64,000 nt of DNA from Camelus ferus (Eukaryota): positions 48,114,001 through 48,178,000 of the forward strand of contig NC_045697.1 of the NCBI RefSeq assembly GCF_009834535.1, read 5' to 3'. Positions 11,401 through 24,663 of this stretch are shown in pieces. The notes under the pieces are model-generated. The model was given only the letters and a program-made list of their open reading frames with translations, was not told the DNA's origin and made no database searches. Position 1 is the first letter of the stretch. Each line of letters begins with the position of its first letter. Both the position numbers and the translations under genes were made by a program.

Positions 11401-14400
11401 CTCAAACTATATTAATTAATTAACTAATTAGAATTGTATGTCTTCCTGTTTGTTTGCTATTCCAGGATTAGGATTAGGTGACAGAGAGAATATTAAATGT
11501 GGAAGCCTGACCCCTTTTGGGCTCTGATTCTACTCTGACATGTGCTAGTTATATGACCTTGGCAAGGCTACTAACTAGCCTGGGTTACTCTTTCCTCATC
11601 TGGAAAATAAGATAATCTGGTTAAATGACTTCTTCTGTCTGTTCCAGCTCTGAGAGTCATTCCACCATGTTTCCTTCGATCCACTTAAGATCAACCTCTA
11701 AGTATTTCAGTTTCTAATGAGAAAGGTTAATAAGGAGAAGGGAACATTTCTCAGGATAGGGTGAGCCTAGGACCAAAAACTAGAGCTTGTTTGAAGTCGT
11801 ACATCTCAGCACACAGAAGTATATTGAATTTAGTTTTTCTCCCCTACACATGAATTCCTGTGGAAAAGGTCCTCATTCTGAACAATGCTAGCTGCTCATT
11901 TAGCTCATGTTCAAACTTAAAGGGAAAAGTTCCGATTAGAGAGCTGTTTCACCAACGTCTCATAATACAGAACAATACTGTATTGTCATATAAGTTTTTT
12001 CATGGTGGAAAGGGGACTTCTGGTGTTTCTTTTGTTCTCCACAGGGAAGCTAGAATCAACAGTTATTGACAAGTAGAAGTGGAATGCTAATAATTACTGC
12101 TGAACACTCACCAAATGTGTGCTGGTCAAATCTTAAGATTCACGGAGTAGCTTATTTTATTTTGCTTCTCAAACAATAAACAAATTAGAAATGTAATTTC
12201 CAGCCAGCTCTCATACAGGACCATTTTGTTCTTGTTTTAATTACCAGTTCTCAGAGAACAGACACCACTTTTCCCCAAAGGCATACACAAAGGGTGTAAA
12301 GTATAATTGCATCGATTGTTAATTTAAAATCTGTTAGCCTTTCAATAATGATATTAACTACCCTCGTGAAAAATTTGTTATGTCACCTTTCTCTGAAGTG
12401 AGAAAGGGTACAATGAGGCAGGGACAGGAAACTCATGACTGTGGTCGTTTGTGGTTAGGGGTAGTGCCAGCCAAATGGCTGTTTAAGGATGAAGGCAATT
12501 GAAGTTTTAGACATTTGAGAAATCATGAATTAATGTTCCCAGGGGCCTTATCTTAAGAAATCTACTGAAGGGCAAACTTCAGCCAACCAAAACGTAGCTG
12601 AGAAAAGGGCTGGCAAGGCAACTTTTTTTGCTGTTGCTGAAGAAAGTTTGTAAGAAAGTTTGTGCCCTTCTGAGCTGCTTCTAAACAGTGTAAGAAGTCT
12701 GCGTGCTGTCGCACTGACAATGACAGTGATGGTGGCCGTGATGTCACGATATTCCTGGTAGCTTACACTTGTCATAGTAAAGGCTATTTTGGCATAGATC
12801 AAGAAAACAATACTGTGCACAGAAGTCATAGGGGATGGAAAATCAGTCAATGCAATTCATGCCATGTTCTATATGACCCTCTAATCTGGATGGATGTTTG
12901 AATGAAATGATTGCTAAAATCCTTTTCAGTGGTGATATTTGATGCTTTTATGCCAATTTTGACATGGCATAAAATACTCAAGGCTTGGGACTGATTGATT
13001 CTCACCGCTTCCTTCTCAAAAAATTGTTTCCATGAACAATGATGTTAATGCTGGCAAAGTGCCAGTTTTCAGAGGGCCTATCTAAATAGGAAGAGATGCA
13101 CACTGAAATTTTCCACCCAACCAAGCCTCCTCTCCTGTGAAATAGAATCAGTCACATTGTACAGGTTGATTTAGTCCTGGAGCACTCCTAATCTGAGAAT
13201 TCTTAGAGAAGTCTTTGGATGCCTTTCCAATGGTTGGGGTCAATGTGAGAGGAGGTCTTATGATTCACAGCCTGACAAGCCCATATATTTTCAGTGATTT
13301 TACTATAGATATCAAGGCAGAAGACATTCTGGAGACTTGACTAAGTCCCAGAGGAAGCCATTGGCTGATCTATAACCATATCAAGTCTCTCTTTGCCTCC
13401 TGCATCAAGGGCTGTTTCAAATCTGCATTTTCCTTCAGTTCCTGAGCACACCAACTTCCCCTACCCTCTCCACAAATGAATGGCTTCCATGGGCTTCCAT
13501 CACAGAAAAAACAGAAACTGTAAGATAAACACTCTCTCGACTTTCTGCCACCAACCCTGCCCTCCTGCTACAGCCAAGAGGAGGCCCCTACTGTCCTAGA
13601 TTGATGACTTCACCAGTGCTGTGTCACCATTCTCTCCTCAAAACTGCAGTGAACCCTCAATCTGCCTTCTAGGGACCTTGGTCAACTGATTACCTCCTCG
13701 CTCTGCTGAGGCTTTTCCACACTCAAGGAAACTTCAACTTTATCAGTTACGTTTTATGCCTTTTAGTAGAAAAAAAAAATAAGGTTAGAACTAAGTGCAT
13801 TAAATGTTCAGATTTGTTGATTCTGGTGATGGGTACATGGGAATTTATGACTTTAACCTCTATACCTTTTGCATTCATTTTTTTTTCTTTCAAAAAAAGC
13901 AAAAAGATCATGAGTGATGTTATAGATTCAGTAAAAATTAGAAACTGTAAATGCAGAATCCACAGGGGCCACACAGCCATGGCTTCACTCACCATGAAGT
14001 TTTGGGCCCTGCTGATTGAGGTTTAAAAAAAAAGAAAGAAAGAAAAAAGTGACTTGGAGAGAATTCTGTTTACATTTGAGTAGGGGACTTCCACAGTCCA
14101 CTTCAGCAGCTGTGAAATGATGTATTTATAGGTGGTCCACAAAGCAAGCTGGAAGTGATCATTTGGAATTTTTAAAACCTTCTATGCAGCAATGTTACTA
14201 AAAACACTATCAACCATTATACAAACACACAGAATGTTAAAGTTTATCCATTTATTGGATTCTCAAATAATCTGTTGGCAGTTAGTATGCAAGACAGAAT
14301 CAATGAGAAGATGGGTCAGTTTTTAATTTCTAAATTCATAAGGAAAATGGCAACTATTCCATAAAAAATTTTACTTTCCCATTTCCAGATCCACACAACT

Positions 14401-16550
14401 CCATTTTTACCCGTTCTTGTTTCCTTCCTTTCTGTTGAGTGGAGCGACAGTCCTCCCTCCCCCATCCAAGGCTGGTCTTGCCCTCTGTGCTCGGGACCTC
14501 CCCTCCTCCCTCCTACTTGGAACTGTATGCCTCTTCTTGTTCTTTTTTCTTCTCTGTCTTCAACCCTTGCCTCTCCATTCAGTCATCCTCATAGTATCTA
14601 CACGTTTCCCTTTTTTCCCTCTTTAAAAGTCTGAACTTCTCCACTGATCTCACATCTACCTCCAGCTGACCCCTAATCTCTTCTCTTACCTTCACAACCA
14701 AACTTCTCAGAAGGAAAAAAAATTTTAAAGGTGAATCACTACTCTCACCATCTCTATTTCCTCAATCCCTCTCATTCCGCAACTCAGTCCATCTGGTCCT
14801 GCCTCCAGACCACCCCCCTTGTGTCACCAATGACCTCACTGTGGAATAAACAGAACATTTTAGGAGTGAGCAGAAAGCAACTTTCTTCTTTGTTACCATT
14901 TGCGCTTCTCAGGACTTGAACAAAATCTTGGGCCGATACCATAGATTTTCTGATTACTCTCAGGGATTAATGAAGGGCTTAATTTTTTAGGAGATGGAAA
15001 TGTTTATATTAAAAGGGACTAGAAGTCTTAAATCTCTAATCCGAGTTAAAGCTTCTCCCTCGCTCAGGCATGTCTTAGGGAAATCTGCAGTGAGGAAGGG
15101 CTATGGGTGGCTTTGGCAGCATGTCTCTTCTAAAACTTGTTTTCCAGTCACAGTGCTTTCTCTGCCTCCTCAAGGATGGTGCATAGAAATTCTTACCTGA
15201 CTGGTATAGTTATAACCTGACATTGATGGCTATGGAAGGTAACTGCACCCTCTGCCTTTGAGAGGACCAAGTCTGATCCTCAGGTTACACAGACACACAG
15301 ACGTTTCCCATGCTATCTGGAAGCAGAGTGTTCCTATAAAACCTTTAGGAAGCTGAAATGCTGTAAAGTGAAGAAGCAGTTACTTTAGTACATATCTTGC
15401 TAACGGATGCTCAGAATAAATCAAGACAAAGCACAGATACTCACAGATACAGTTCAGAGCCCTGGTGGCCGGATGCTGAGATGCTGAGTGTGGCTCCCCA
15501 GGAAAGAGCTTGGATGTGCCACTCTCTGCTGGGGTGCAAGCTGCCTCTGTACCAGCTGCTGCAAAACAAGTGCTGAACACTGTTTTTGCTTTTTGCCATT
15601 TTTCCTAAAAGTGAAAATCTTCTTTGGATTTCTTTCTGTTAGTGAAGAGGTACTAACATTGTAGGTAGTAGTGTAATAGAAGCAAAATGGCATAAAGCAA
15701 GCCATTTGAAAAGAGGGGATACCTGTATATATAAACACGTATTTATGAGTTTCTAAAGATTTTATAAATAAATAAAGAAGTCTTATATTTATATAGAGAG
15801 AGACAGAGACAGAGACAGAGAGGGAGATTGATCTATTTCAACTAAAGTGATTTTATAGGTCTCACCCCATCTCTGCCACTTAAGGGCCATCTATGAATGG
15901 GGTTCACAATATCTGCCTTGCCTACTTTACAGGACTGCTTTATAAGTTCCTTGAATTAATGTATTTAAATATAAATTAACAAACTAAAAAGGCTGCATGA
16001 GTCTTTGCGCAGTTGAAATATAATGTTATTATTGTTTTTATAATCAGAATATACTTTCCAAGTATAAAGGGTTTGCCAGCATCATATTTACCCCTTACCT
16101 TTGATACCTCCGTTGAGGGTGTTAGGAAGCATTGAAGTTTAAACTAGGATGGTGGCGAGACTGATGCAATGACTTTGTCTTGCCTCTTGAAACAGGTTAG
16201 CTGCAGTGAGAGCAAGTAGGGAGGTAATTACTTTTGATTTGTGAAGGTTTCTTCAGGCTGTAAGACTGTAACCCACCCAGAAGGCCAGCCCTGCGCATTT
16301 AGCACTGAGAGAGCCCTGGGAGTCGGCCAGCTCTACCCACCTCTGGTCTCCACTTTCCCTTCAGGCACAGTGGGATGAAGGTTGACCCTGTCACAGGTAG
16401 ACTATGGATGAGTAAGATATTCTATTTTCATTTCTAGGGCCCATGCTGGGAACAATTAGGAAGCAGCTCCCTTGGACCTATCACACGTCACTCATAGCAT
16501 GAGTCTTCAAGTCATTCTCACCAAGTGACCATGAACAAACCAGGTAGCCA

Positions 16551-16920
16551 TGTGACAGAAGTTATTCCCTATCTGCCCTCCCAGATCCATTCTCCATCTT
16601 TCTCCACCCCGTTCTGGGAGGCTTACCTCCAGCAAATGCAGCAATTAGGGTACTTTTCCCTCTGGTCTCTGGATAGCTTAGCCGATGGGAGGACCTGGCA
16701 GGATATCTGAGGGCAGGGAGTTGGTCCCCACTCCGTTGTGGTGGGGCCATGGTTTTGGCAGTGGACAGTCTTCCACGGCTCCAGCTCTTGCTGGCTCCCT
16801 TGTTGATTTCTTTCAGCTCTGCCTACGATGGTGTAAAGGAGGCCCCATGTAGTCTTCATTAAACAGTTTATTTAAGCCTTTAAGGAGGCCATTGTTTTCC
16901 CTGCCAGACCCTGAGTGATA
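16551..16920 (+). mobile_element. ERVL-class solo LTR (LTR33-like)
   Basis: 'cagatccattctccatctttctccacccc...ctgggaggct...gccgatgggaggacctggcaggatatctgaggg' ending 'ccctgccagaccctgagtgata'. Confidence 0.6.
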
Positions 16921-18904
16921 TGACCTCTGTATGCCTCATTTTCCTCACCTGTTATAATATGGGTGTAATAAGAGACCCCACTTCATTGGGCAGGAATGAG
17001 GATTAACTGGGATAATACTTGAAGTGCAAGTACTTAATACACAGCAGGCACTGTATTAAATACTCACTGAGTAAGTATACACTTAATACAAAGTAATTTA
17101 CTGAGGACTAATACAAAAGTATTAATACTACAAAGTATTAATGTTAAGTATTAATATAAACTACTTGACCAAGCATTAACTCAGGAATTATTAGCTGTTA
17201 TTATGATTTTTATCACTATTATTGCTTGCCATTTGCAAATAAACTGAGATGGTTCTGAGCCACTTCTGACTGAGAATTAATTTGAAATAGGGATCAGCAG
17301 GTTACAAAGCCCAACTCCCACTCCCTGTTCTCACCACAAATAACCTTCACTTGCCGTATTCTCCTCTGCTTCCTTGGCACCCTTCCATGGTCTGACTCTG
17401 TTTCTTTTGGTGCGTATGTGACTTTCTGAAGGCTTCCCTCAGTTGAGATTTTTTTTTTTCAGTCCTCAAAGCATAGGACCATGCTGCATTTTTTTGCTTA
17501 AAAAATCTGGTGATGACAGATTCAGGGACTTGGAGCATAGCCAACAGCTGCAAAGATTTGAAGTTTCAGGAAGATGAATTAAAAAATTCCCAAAACTGAT
17601 CCTGAAACTCTCTTGCCCAGTGGCCTTGAGTAAATTATTTTCTTCTTTCCAACACTGCGTATCAGTGAGTGAATAAAACGAATGGGGGATGATTAGGAAG
17701 ATGGATTATACTCAACAGAGGAGAGATTAGTGGGATTAAGTACCAAGTGTTTTTTTTTCTCCCACTCAGGGTATAATGAATACATTAAAAAACAGTTCAG
17801 GAGAAATGGAACAGGCTCTTAAATCTCAAACTGTCATAGAAAGATCAAGTAGAGTAGAGCGGCCTTGGTTCAGAAAGGCATTTTAAAGACACTAGTACCA
17901 AACAGATTCCAAGTGGCCTAATCAGTCACCACTGCGGCTGTCACTTTGTTTCCATTTAGGCATACTATAGTTTGACACTTAAATGCTGTCCATCTTGGAC
18001 CCTTTTAGAAGCTGCCTCTGATGATTTCACTGCAATCAGGACTCATAACACTAATTTGTCTCCGAACAATGTAATCCTTCATGACAACTGATGGATGGTC
18101 CTGACAACAGTCCTTCCTGATAATTTCGTCCTTCACTCGTTCCTTTATGACAGCTTTTGTACTGGTGCAATGTTGCTAAAAGTTACAGATAAGTTTAGAT
18201 CCATTCATTCATTTAGCCCAAAAGTGTTTTTTGAGGAAAGAACAGTGGACATTTTCTGAGCACGCCAGTCCTCTGAGAGCTGTGTTGGGGGTTTCACATT
18301 CCTTGACCCCTCTCAACAACTCCACAAAGCAGTTGCTATTGTCTCTAGTTTATAAGTGAGGAAATAGTGATTTCAAGAGTTTCAGTAACAAAGCTAAGGT
18401 CAGAGAGCTGTAGAGTGGCAGAGCTGATACTTGAGCCCAGTGTTTCTCTCTGTCACATCAATCATGGTGCCTGGTGGGCAGTGGGGAGATGCAGAGTGGC
18501 CCCCAGACTTTTGACATCTTGCCACGTCAGAGATGAGCAAGGCAGTTCCCCTCCTCAAGAGCTTTATCTCTGCTTCAAGACAAGAACCAGTGAGATGCTT
18601 GTAGATTTGTAAAACATAACCATAAGGTGCCTTTCCCTCACAACATCCCACCCACACTCTCCCAGTGCGGTCTCATGCACTCCACACTGAAAACATGATA
18701 GCAAAGAATCATTAGATGTCGTCCCTTCTCATGGCCCCAACCTCTGCTGCTTTATTCCAACAATCATCTTGAGTCCATTTCCATTATCATTCATGAACAT
18801 AATTTAGCCTTTTCCAGCCTCAGTGGAAGGCGCTGCATGGCTCCACACGACCTTTGTTGCGGATGGTGGCAATATCCCTCTTGTAACTGCTGCACCTACC
18901 CCGG

Positions 18905-19215
18905 GACAGTCTCCTTACAGACGGGTGGCTTCCTGAGACATTCTACCTGATGCTGCTCTCTAGCTGCAGGGGCTTTCTCAGCCCACACACAGAGCAGGAA
19001 GAAGAAAGTGTCAGAGTGATCAAACCCCCAGAGCGGTGTCCTCAGCCGACAAAGGGTAGGAACTGGGGGATGCAGACTCTGACACCCTCATTCCTCAAGG
19101 GGGATATTCTGAGACATGCTCAGCACAGTCTCTGGGAGGGACCCCAGGGAGGCTGAGCCCCAGCTGTCCACAGTAGTAATGGGCGTGCTCACTGATGCAA
19201 CTTCCTTCCCTGTTT
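18905..19215 (+). mobile_element. 5' part of an ERVL-class LTR (LTR40-like) split by the provirus; its 3' part lies at ~23915-24042
   Basis: 'gctgagccccagctgtccacagtagtaa...cttccttccc' appears to continue at ~23920 with 'ctctatcacttccccaaccctcac...tcagggtcagcttctggagaacc'. Confidence 0.5.
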
Positions 19216-19217
19216 GT

Positions 19218-22200
19218 TGTGAGCTGGGATCCCTGGGAAGCACTGAGAGAAAGATGAATGTTCTGGAGGTTTATTGGAAAGTTGTTTCAGGATTAATCCA
19301 TGTGAAGGGAAGAGTTGGAAGGAGGGGAGGTTGCACCAAGGGAGAAATTCTATGGTAACATAATTATTAACAAAGCATCAACTGACCCCTTAGGGGAGTC
19401 TGTAGCTGGGGTAACTCTCCAAAGCTGTCTGAGTTGGGGCAAAGGGGCCAGGCTTCACTACCCCTGCACTGACAAGTTATCACCAAATCAGTCTGTCCCT
19501 AAGAAAGGGGAGTGACTTTGTGAGGTAAGTCTCTTTAGCTGAGGGCAATATTTAGAGAGGCCTGGGGGCTAAGCGTGGCAGTGGGGCTGGAAGGGGTGGT
19601 TCCCAGCACTCCTAGCAGTGTGGGGAGGACAGCCGGAGGGGATCTGGGCTGTGCTTCGCAGCTTTCACTAGAGCTCACCCCTTGCTTCACTCAGATTCAC
19701 CTCATCTAAGTTCTGGAGCAGCTCTTCTAGGATTCTCATGGGCCTCTTTTCCTGATGTCGATGAAAAATTAATCAGTCAATCTAAGAAAGAAATGGAAAA
19801 TTTTATTTGAGGCAAATTTGAGGATTTTAACCTCAAATTTGGAAGAGCAAATCAGAAAGCTCTGGGAACTGTTCTGCCAGTTAGAAGAGGGGCCTTGTCC
19901 TGATGTGATGTTACGGGGAACAAACCCTCTAAGTCCTTGTTAGTGACACTGCCTAAGTCAGGCACTTGCATTACAGAAAATAAAAAAACAACCATCAGGG
20001 CTTACATTACAATGGCCAAAGCTAGTTCTGGTTACCTCCCAAAGGCCCATCTGCAAACACCATCATGCTGGGGATTAGGGCCTCAACATATTATTTTGTG
20101 TGGGGCACGTTCAATCCATAGCAGTCAGTGTATATTCTAACTTTGGGCCACTTTTCTTTCTACATAAAGTGAATGAGCAAGTGTACCATTCACAGCTCTG
20201 TTCATTGGCACATTGGGAGGCTCTCCCCTTTCTCCTGTCTTGCAAGGCCACCCATGAGTGAGCTTCAGTGCAGCTGCCATCAGTTTTCAGTATATTGAGA
20301 TGACACATGTGTTAACCCACTTCAGCTTTTGTTCTTCTTCATGAGCTATTTCTTCAAGTGTGACTGTTGGTGTGAGCTGAAGGAGAGGAACTGGGGCAAT
20401 AGCTGTGGATAACAAGGGGGCCTGGGTCAGCTGATCATGCAGCTTTCTTATTCCCTCAGCTCTGCTCATGCCCGACCTTGGCTATGTCGTGTCCATCTCA
20501 CAGTGGATAGCTGCTTGGCCTGCTTGACCTTACAACCTATGGGTCCAACAGAACCTAACTACTGGTGGCAGCTCTGGCCGGGTGATAACTTGTTGCTCCA
20601 TTGCTAACAGGGCCGTGTAGTTCCAGAAGCTGTTTTTTCAAAAAGAGTATATTTTTCACTGCAGATGGCATGACCCTGATTCCAGACCCTAAAGGTCTAC
20701 ATCATGATCTCTAATGAAGCCTTGCCATAGACTCGACACGGATACCTTTGATACCATCAGATCTGCTGGGTCACATGGGCGAGACACTAGGCCACTTGAC
20801 TGTCGCAGGGGGCTGTTGTTGAACATATTCACATTCAGCTGACATCCATTCATTCACTCCGTATATTGGTTGGAGTAGTGCTCCCAGATCTGGAATATTC
20901 TTCTTCAAGAAACCCTAGAAGCCCACTGGGCATTGTATTCCTTCTTCATGGTGGGAAACGCATGGTGCAGTTGTTTATCCTTTACTTTGGAGGGGAAGTC
21001 CTGGCAAGCCCCAGACCACTGGATCCCTAAACATCTCACTGATAGGGTTGACTCCCGAATCTTCATAGGTTTTTTCTTACCCTCTCTGGAGAACTGGTGT
21101 CTTTTACATACTTGCCACTTGTTGCTTCTCTAGTCAGATTAGGATGATGTCATCAATAGAGTGGGCCAGGGTGAAATTCTAGGGGAATGTCAGATTACGT
21201 TATGACAGAGGACAAGAAAGGAAACTCAGTCCTGGGGCAAGATTGCAGGTATAATATTTATTGTAGTGTGTTCCAAGTGAATGCAAACCATTTCTGATAA
21301 GAATGGAAAAGAAAATATTTACCAGATTAATGGCTGTATACCAAATGGCTAAGGATTTGTCAATCTGCTCTATTAAAAGATACCACACCTGGCCCAATGC
21401 ACAGTTAGTATAAATATTTGGTTAAGCTTGTAGGAAACTATTTGCAGGATCCATCTGGCTTTTGTATAGGCCACACTGGTGAATTAAATGGAGATATGAT
21501 GGGGACCATTGCTCCCACATGCTTTAGGTCTTTAAGAGTGGTCCTAATCTTCACCATTTTCCCCATAATACAATACTGATTGTAGCAAGGGAGGCATTCC
21601 ATTGGATTTTTCATGATATGATAGCTCTTATCCCACAGATCTAGGAACCACTGTGATTTTGCCAGCTTCCAAGTATGTCCATTCCAGCCGTACAATTGGT
21701 GGTTAGGAAAGGAGATAATGGGTAGGTCTGTGAACCCAGCGAACTCACTGTGAACTGGGTCTGGGCCATGATGGTGTTTTACGTGCCCGGCTCTCAGTGC
21801 CAGGTGACTCCCTGTGTCTGAGAGTTCCCCAAATATGTGGGTACTGTTCTTTCCCCGGTATATAGATTCCTCAGTAAATGGCCACAGGTCTGCTGGTAGT
21901 TTCCATGTGCAGTGTTTGTGATGTTGCAGGGTCTTTTCTCCTGGGGAACTAGGCCTCTCAGCCCATGATTTATGGGGCCCAAAATGGGCTCAGGTCCAAA
22001 ACATGGGCAAGAGATCCTAACAATTTATTCCGATGTCTGACTTTACCTTCCTGTCCATCTTGACTTTTTTTTTTTTCAGTTGAATAGCTTGAGCAATAGC
22101 TTCGCTGGCAGCACATCTGCCTTGCCCATACGGATAACATGTTCTACTAGCCATTTCCTTAGCTCCGGTGATTGCCCCGTGGGCGCCATGCTGTTTTTCC

Positions 22201-23912
22201 TGCTCATTATGGTAACTGTGCCCTCCTTGCTGCTCGTGGTGCCACCTCACTTCTATTGTTTCTGGAAACGTTCACCCCGCTTTTTATCAGGAAGCCCAGT
22301 TCTGTACTGGCCTCTCCTGCAAGAGCCCTGCCCTACAGAGGAAGCATCTCAGGGGTGCCTTTTCGGCAGCATCCCTTACTGTTTTAGTAAACTAAAGAGC
22401 CTCCAGGCTCTCCCACCGAACATAATTATGTGATGAGCTTTCTGATGTCTCAGTATATCCACTCCAGCACACCCACTTCTCTGAACCGTTTTGATCCCTC
22501 CTTTCACTGTCTGCCACAGCAAATCTGGCAGTAATATTCATTTAGAAGTTTGATAGATGATGGCCCAGGAGAAACCAGCCCAGGAATGTGTCTGCCTTGG
22601 GGTCTTTGCTGTGCTGTTAAATCCTTTATCCCAAAGAGCTTTCCCATAATGGTAACCTCCTCTCATCCATCTTATGTCCTACCAGCTCCTTCATTTGGCA
22701 GTCTTAGAGTTCACATTCACATGTACCCTCTCAGATCTTGCTCGCAAATGTTAGCCAGGTCCTGCAGGTCCCTCTGGGTATATAGACCCTTTCCTCCCCC
22801 AGCAGGCCCAGCACTTGTGCTGTGAGCTCGCTCTGCTTACTGATTTGGTGGGAGGAGAAGCGATGGTGCAGAGACTGAAGGAGGCCCATGTTCTCTTTCA
22901 CAGTCAGCGGGAATGTGCCTCCTCCAACAGCACTGCCCACTTCTGCGGGTTCAAGGCCCCAGTGGATTCTGAGAGTTTAATCCTTTCCAGTGCATCAATC
23001 CAGATGCTCCCATCTCAGTTTTTAGGGTCCTATTGTTACAGACCTGGCTAGGTTGAGGGTTCAACCTTCTCTGGAGCTCTGCAGCAGTTATAAATAAGTC
23101 CTGGACCTGGTCCTTAGATTTCCCTGCTCTTTGCCAGCGGAAGAGGAGACTCTCTTAATGTGCTCCAAAGAGGTCACCTGGCTTTCATATCTAGTCTATT
23201 GCTGATTAATCATTCTGTGCCTTCTATGATCTTTTTCCAAATTATCTAATGCCTACAGCAATAGCCATCTAATTCCATTTTTCTTAGAATTACTAATTCC
23301 TCAATATTTCTCAAATGCACTTCCTCGTGCAATCCCTTTTACTGGCTTGCCACCCATCCCAGGCCACAACAGGTAGGAGTATTCACAGTTACACTGCTAC
23401 CTTGTGCAGGCATAGTGCAGGCTCCCAGGAGTGTGGTCCTCATTGCCAGCCAGCTGCTGTGGGATTCAGCTCCAGAATCCCATTTTAGCCTTGGCTTTCT
23501 TGAGCAAATTCTGGTACCTACCTCTGCAGGTCAGGCTCCCTGGTAAGTATACTGATAAGGAATTTAACAAGCAGAAACTTTATTTGGGAACATTTTAGGA
23601 TTAACCCGTGTCAGTGGAAGAGAAGCCAGCAGGAGTAGGCAGAGGGAGAGGTTGAACATAAGACAGTCACAGCAAAGGCATCAGTGACCCCAAAAGAAGT
23701 TCTGAAGCTGGGATGACCATTCAGATTTGACTGGAATTAGGGAGGGGAGGGTGGGACATATATACCCTGGCATCAACCAGTGCCGAGAAGGGTGCCTGAC
23801 CTTGGGTGAAGGCAATTCCCAGAGGCTGTCAGCTGCTGCCAGCTACACACTCAGCAGCTGGGGAAATAAGAACTTCAGCCCTGAGGGTGGATCTGGTGGC
23901 CCACTGGGCACC
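19218..23912 (-). mobile_element. Ancient degenerate ERVL provirus (ERV3-16A3/LTR16-like), LTRs at ~19218-19670 (3') and ~23525-23912 (5')
   Basis: Two related, diverged LTRs in the same orientation, sharing 'aaagcatcaactgacccc'/'aaggcatcagtgacccc', 'tctg(t/a)agctggg' and 'ggatctgg'. A 'ggtacca' internal start follows the 5' LTR, and pol remnants lie inside. Confidence 0.8.
21130..21700 (-). pseudogene. pol: ERVL pol (reverse transcriptase) remnant
   Basis: ORFs 21438-21695 (ISPFNSPVWPIQKPDGS) and 21200-21397 (LIEQIDKSLAIWYTAINLVNIFFSI) match ERVL RT motifs SPFNSPVWPVQKPDGSWR and LLEQIN...WYAAIDLANAFFSI; disrupted by stops and frameshifts. Confidence 0.85.
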
Positions 23913-24430
23913 AGGGCAAACTCCCCCACCCTCTATCACTTCCCCAACCCTCACTACGCTGCCTAGATCATCTCTAGAATGAAGAACTTTCACCCAAATC
24001 TTTGGATCAGGGTCAGCTTCTGGAGAACCTCTGAATGAAAACATCCTCCCGTAAGGCTAGGCAGTTTTAAGATAGATCTTGAAGTAGAAAATCACAGTAA
24101 TAAATAACATTTGGAGAATATATTACAGGTAATGCTCAACAACCTCACCTTCTCATCTCTAAAGTGAGGGTGTTTGGCTAGATGATTACTAAGATACCTT
24201 CCAACTCGAATGTTCTACCATCTCCTTTCCCGCTCAAGCTCACATCGCAACATAAGCTCCCACCTCTCCTCGCTCCTGGGCTCTCTGACTAGCGGCAGAA
24301 GGTTGGGGTAGGGAATGTGCACAGATGAGTGTTGCTGCTCCATGTGTTTACAAGGCCACTCGTTTGGTTAAAGCAGAGACATGGCAAAGAGCTGGGCCCC
24401 TACAGAGTTCAGAGGGCTAAAAAAACAGTA

Positions 24431-24663
24431 GATATAGTTCACTGTGCTATACGGTAGGACCTTGTTTATCTGTTTTATATATAGTAGTTAATATCTGCAA
24501 ATCCCAAACTCCCAATTTACCCCTCCCCACCTTCTCCCCACCCCCATAACCATAAGTTTGTTTTCTATGCCTGTGAGTCTGTGTCTGTTTTGTAAGTAAG
24601 AACACTTAGAGACTAACACAACATTGTTAAATCGATTATACTTCAACTGAAAGAAAAAAAAAA
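24431..24663. mobile_element. Short L1 3' UTR insertion with 5' inversion
   Basis: 24431-24600 is antisense L1 3' UTR ('gatatagttcactgtgctatac...cccaaactcccaattta'); ~24601-24663 is the sense 3' terminus ('aacacaacattgttaaatcgattatacttcaa') plus polyA. Confidence 0.75.

Noticed and set aside
12946..12974. 10-bp hairpin ttttatgcca...tggcataaaa
   Set aside because: Short and AT-rich; too small for a miRNA precursor and plausible by chance.
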